From Spirochaetota bacterium (lineage in GTDB: Bacteria; Spirochaetota; UBA4802; UBA5550), in contig CAXXHB010000003.1 of the NCBI GenBank assembly GCA_963664815.2, forward strand, positions 1,088,001-1,152,000: DNA of 64,000 nucleotides, given 5' to 3'. Each line of letters opens with the position of its first letter. Positions within the stretch are counted from its first letter, which is position 1. Shown in pieces: positions 61,954 to 64,000 of the stretch. Position numbers and translations under genes: made by a program. The notes beneath the pieces are model-generated. The model had not been told where the DNA came from. It worked only from the letters and a program-made list of their open reading frames with translations, and searched no databases.

Positions 61954-64000
61954 ATGTCTGAAGAAATTAAGGATATCGCAAGCCAGCTTATAATAGCAGA
62001 GGATTTCCGTCCGGAGAAGATGACAATCATTCCGATTTCGCAGCGTCCTATATTCCCGGGTATGATGATACCTCTTATTCTCACCGGGGATATAATGATC
62101 GAAAGCGCGCAGGAGATTATGGACTCACCGAATAAAATAGGTGGTGTTGTTCTGATAAAAAATCAGCACGACGGCATGGCGAAGTCAGAGGATCTTTACC
62201 ATGTCGGGGTGGCAGTTAAAATTATTAAAATCACTCCTGTGGATGAGAGAACGGTTCAGGTTATGCTCAATGCCATAGGAAGATTTACATTGAAGAGCGT
62301 TGCACAGAATGAACCTATTATAAGGTGGCATGTAGAGAATTATTATGAAGCGGAATTTAAGCCTACTGATGAGATGAAGGCCTACTCGATGGCCATAATA
62401 AGTTCTGTAAAGGATCTTATTAAAACCAATTCTCTTTTCCAGGAGGAACTTAAACTTTTTCTTAACAGGTTCAGTGTTGAAGACCCCGGGAAGCTCTCTG
62501 ATTTTGTCGCCTCGATGACACAGGCTGAATCCGGCGAGATTCAGGATATTCTTGAAACATTTGATGTCCGCCAGCGTGTGAAAAAGGTTCTCATACTGCT
62601 GAAAAAAGAGATTGAGCTTAATAAACTCCAGAAAAAAATTACTCAGCAGATAGAGGAAAAAATTTCCAAGCAGCAGAAGGAATTCTTTCTAAGGGAACAG
62701 TTGAAGGAAATAAAGAAGGAACTGGGACTAGAAAAGGATGAGAAATCCACTGAAATAGAAAAATTCCAGGAAAAGATAGAGAAACTCAAACTCACAGAGG
62801 AGGCAGCAAAAAAGATTGATGAAGAGATGAATAAAATGCGTCTCCTTGAACCTCACTCTGCAGAATACGGTGTAAGCAGAAATTATCTCGACTGGCTGAC
62901 ATCGCTTCCATGGGGAATATTTTCTGAAGATAACTATGATATAGCAAAAGCGAGGGAGATCCTTGACAGGGATCATTACGGACTTGACGATATAAAGGAC
63001 AGGATTATCGAATTCATTGCAACTGGTAAAATGAAGGGAAATATCTCAGGATCCATAATTTGTTTTATAGGGCCTCCCGGTGTGGGTAAAACGTCTATAG
63101 GAAAATCTGTTGCCGAGGCGCTGAACAGGAAGTTCTTCAGGTTTTCTCTGGGTGGTATGAGAGATGAGGCCGAGATTAAGGGGCACAGGCGCACATACAT
63201 CGGCGCCATGCCGGGGAAAATTATACAGAGCCTTAAAACAGTAGGAGTTTCTAATCCTGTTATTATGCTTGATGAGATAGACAAAATAGGCGCGAGCTTC
63301 CAGGGAGATCCGGCTTCAGCATTACTTGAGGTTCTAGACGGCGAGCAGAATTCGGCATTTCTTGATCATTATATGGATGTAAGATTTGACCTTTCCAACA
63401 TACTGTTTATTGCAACAGCAAATACCATGGATACCATACCTGCCCCTCTTTTTGACAGAATGGAGATAATGAAATTATCAGGTTATATACTTGAAGAGAA
63501 ACTTCAGATTGCCAGGAAGTATCTTGTAAATAAACAGACTTTGGAGCATGGACTTAAAAAGAACATGGTGAAAATTGACAATGGCGCTATTAAAAAGATG
63601 ATAGACGGTTATGCAAGAGAGGCCGGCGTCAGGTCTCTTGAAAATAATATCAAGAAAGTAATGAGGAAAGTTACAAAGAGATTTGCCGAGGGCAATGCTG
63701 AACCTGTCAGCGTTACAGAAGAAAATCTTGAGGAATTCCTGGGGAAACCAAGATTTACCGACGAGTCTCTTTATAACAAAAGTATTGCCGGCGTGGTTAT
63801 GGGGCTCGCATGGACAAGCATGGGGGGGACAACACTTTATGTTGAATCCACCGGAATTCATACAAAAACAAAGGGTTTCAAACAGACCGGACAGTTAAAA
63901 GATGTTATGAGAGAGTCTTCTGAAATTGCCTACACTTATATTCAGTCAAGGGCGAAAGACTATGGAATTGATGAAGGTTATTTCGAGAATCATTTTATCC
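61954..64000 (+). CDS. lon: ATP-dependent Lon protease (3'-partial)
   Basis: GAGGTG RBS; RPIFPG, RNYLDWL, DHYGL, GPPGVGKT, GHRRTYIGAMPG, LDEIDK, GLAWT; open to the window end. Confidence 0.97.
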   Translation, partial: MSEEIKDIASQLIIAEDFRPEKMTIIPISQRPIFPGMMIPLILTGDIMIESAQEIMDSPNKIGGVVLIKNQHDGMAKSEDLYHVGVAVKIIKITPVDERTVQVMLNAIGRFTLKSVAQNEPIIRWHVENYYEAEFKPTDEMKAYSMAIISSVKDLIKTNSLFQEELKLFLNRFSVEDPGKLSDFVASMTQAESGEIQDILETFDVRQRVKKVLILLKKEIELNKLQKKITQQIEEKISKQQKEFFLREQLKEIKKELGLEKDEKSTEIEKFQEKIEKLKLTEEAAKKIDEEMNKMRLLEPHSAEYGVSRNYLDWLTSLPWGIFSEDNYDIAKAREILDRDHYGLDDIKDRIIEFIATGKMKGNISGSIICFIGPPGVGKTSIGKSVAEALNRKFFRFSLGGMRDEAEIKGHRRTYIGAMPGKIIQSLKTVGVSNPVIMLDEIDKIGASFQGDPASALLEVLDGEQNSAFLDHYMDVRFDLSNILFIATANTMDTIPAPLFDRMEIMKLSGYILEEKLQIARKYLVNKQTLEHGLKKNMVKIDNGAIKKMIDGYAREAGVRSLENNIKKVMRKVTKRFAEGNAEPVSVTEENLEEFLGKPRFTDESLYNKSIAGVVMGLAWTSMGGTTLYVESTGIHTKTKGFKQTGQLKDVMRESSEIAYTYIQSRAKDYGIDEGYFENHFI

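Noticed and set aside
1-64000. tRNA, rRNA, prophage, integrase or intact transposase genes
   Set aside because: None recognised by eye; a tRNAscan-SE/Rfam/HMM scan would be needed to exclude small or divergent ones.

Overview
A moderately AT-rich bacterial chromosome segment. The gene mix (WG/KWG-repeat protein, many lipoproteins, GldA/F/G-like ABC cluster, flavodoxins/ferredoxins, sigma-28 promoter) suggests an anaerobic, flagellated, Spirochaetota-like organism, but that is inference. Core-like content: nudC, tyrS, a long-chain acyl-CoA ligase, a STAS-cheA-mcp-cheW-cheR-cheD-cheB operon without cheY, an ABC(GldAFG)-DUF4340-lon cluster (lon runs off the right end), and many regulator/target pairs (FadR, HxlR, BlaI/M56, MarR, TetR, AraC, ECF sigma), several with visible palindromic operators. 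The most unusual signal is two stretches of co-oriented minus-strand accessory genes (about 0.7-4.9 kb and 13.8-16.6 kb) punctuated by degenerate attC-like hairpins or repeats with no integrase in the window; they look like decayed or domesticated integron cassettes. The second stretch carries a TIR-like protein and a lipoprotein pseudogene and lies between a Fic gene and a higBA pair with a dead toxin. Features absent or incomplete in the ORF track: a 6-aa leader peptide ahead of a Vat/CatB acetyltransferase, a 49-aa Cys-rich protein, a sigma-28-driven 57-aa YjfB-like protein, and frameshifted queG-like and VOC genes. No rRNA, tRNA or CRISPR array was recognised. All family calls come from motif recognition by eye, not database searches.
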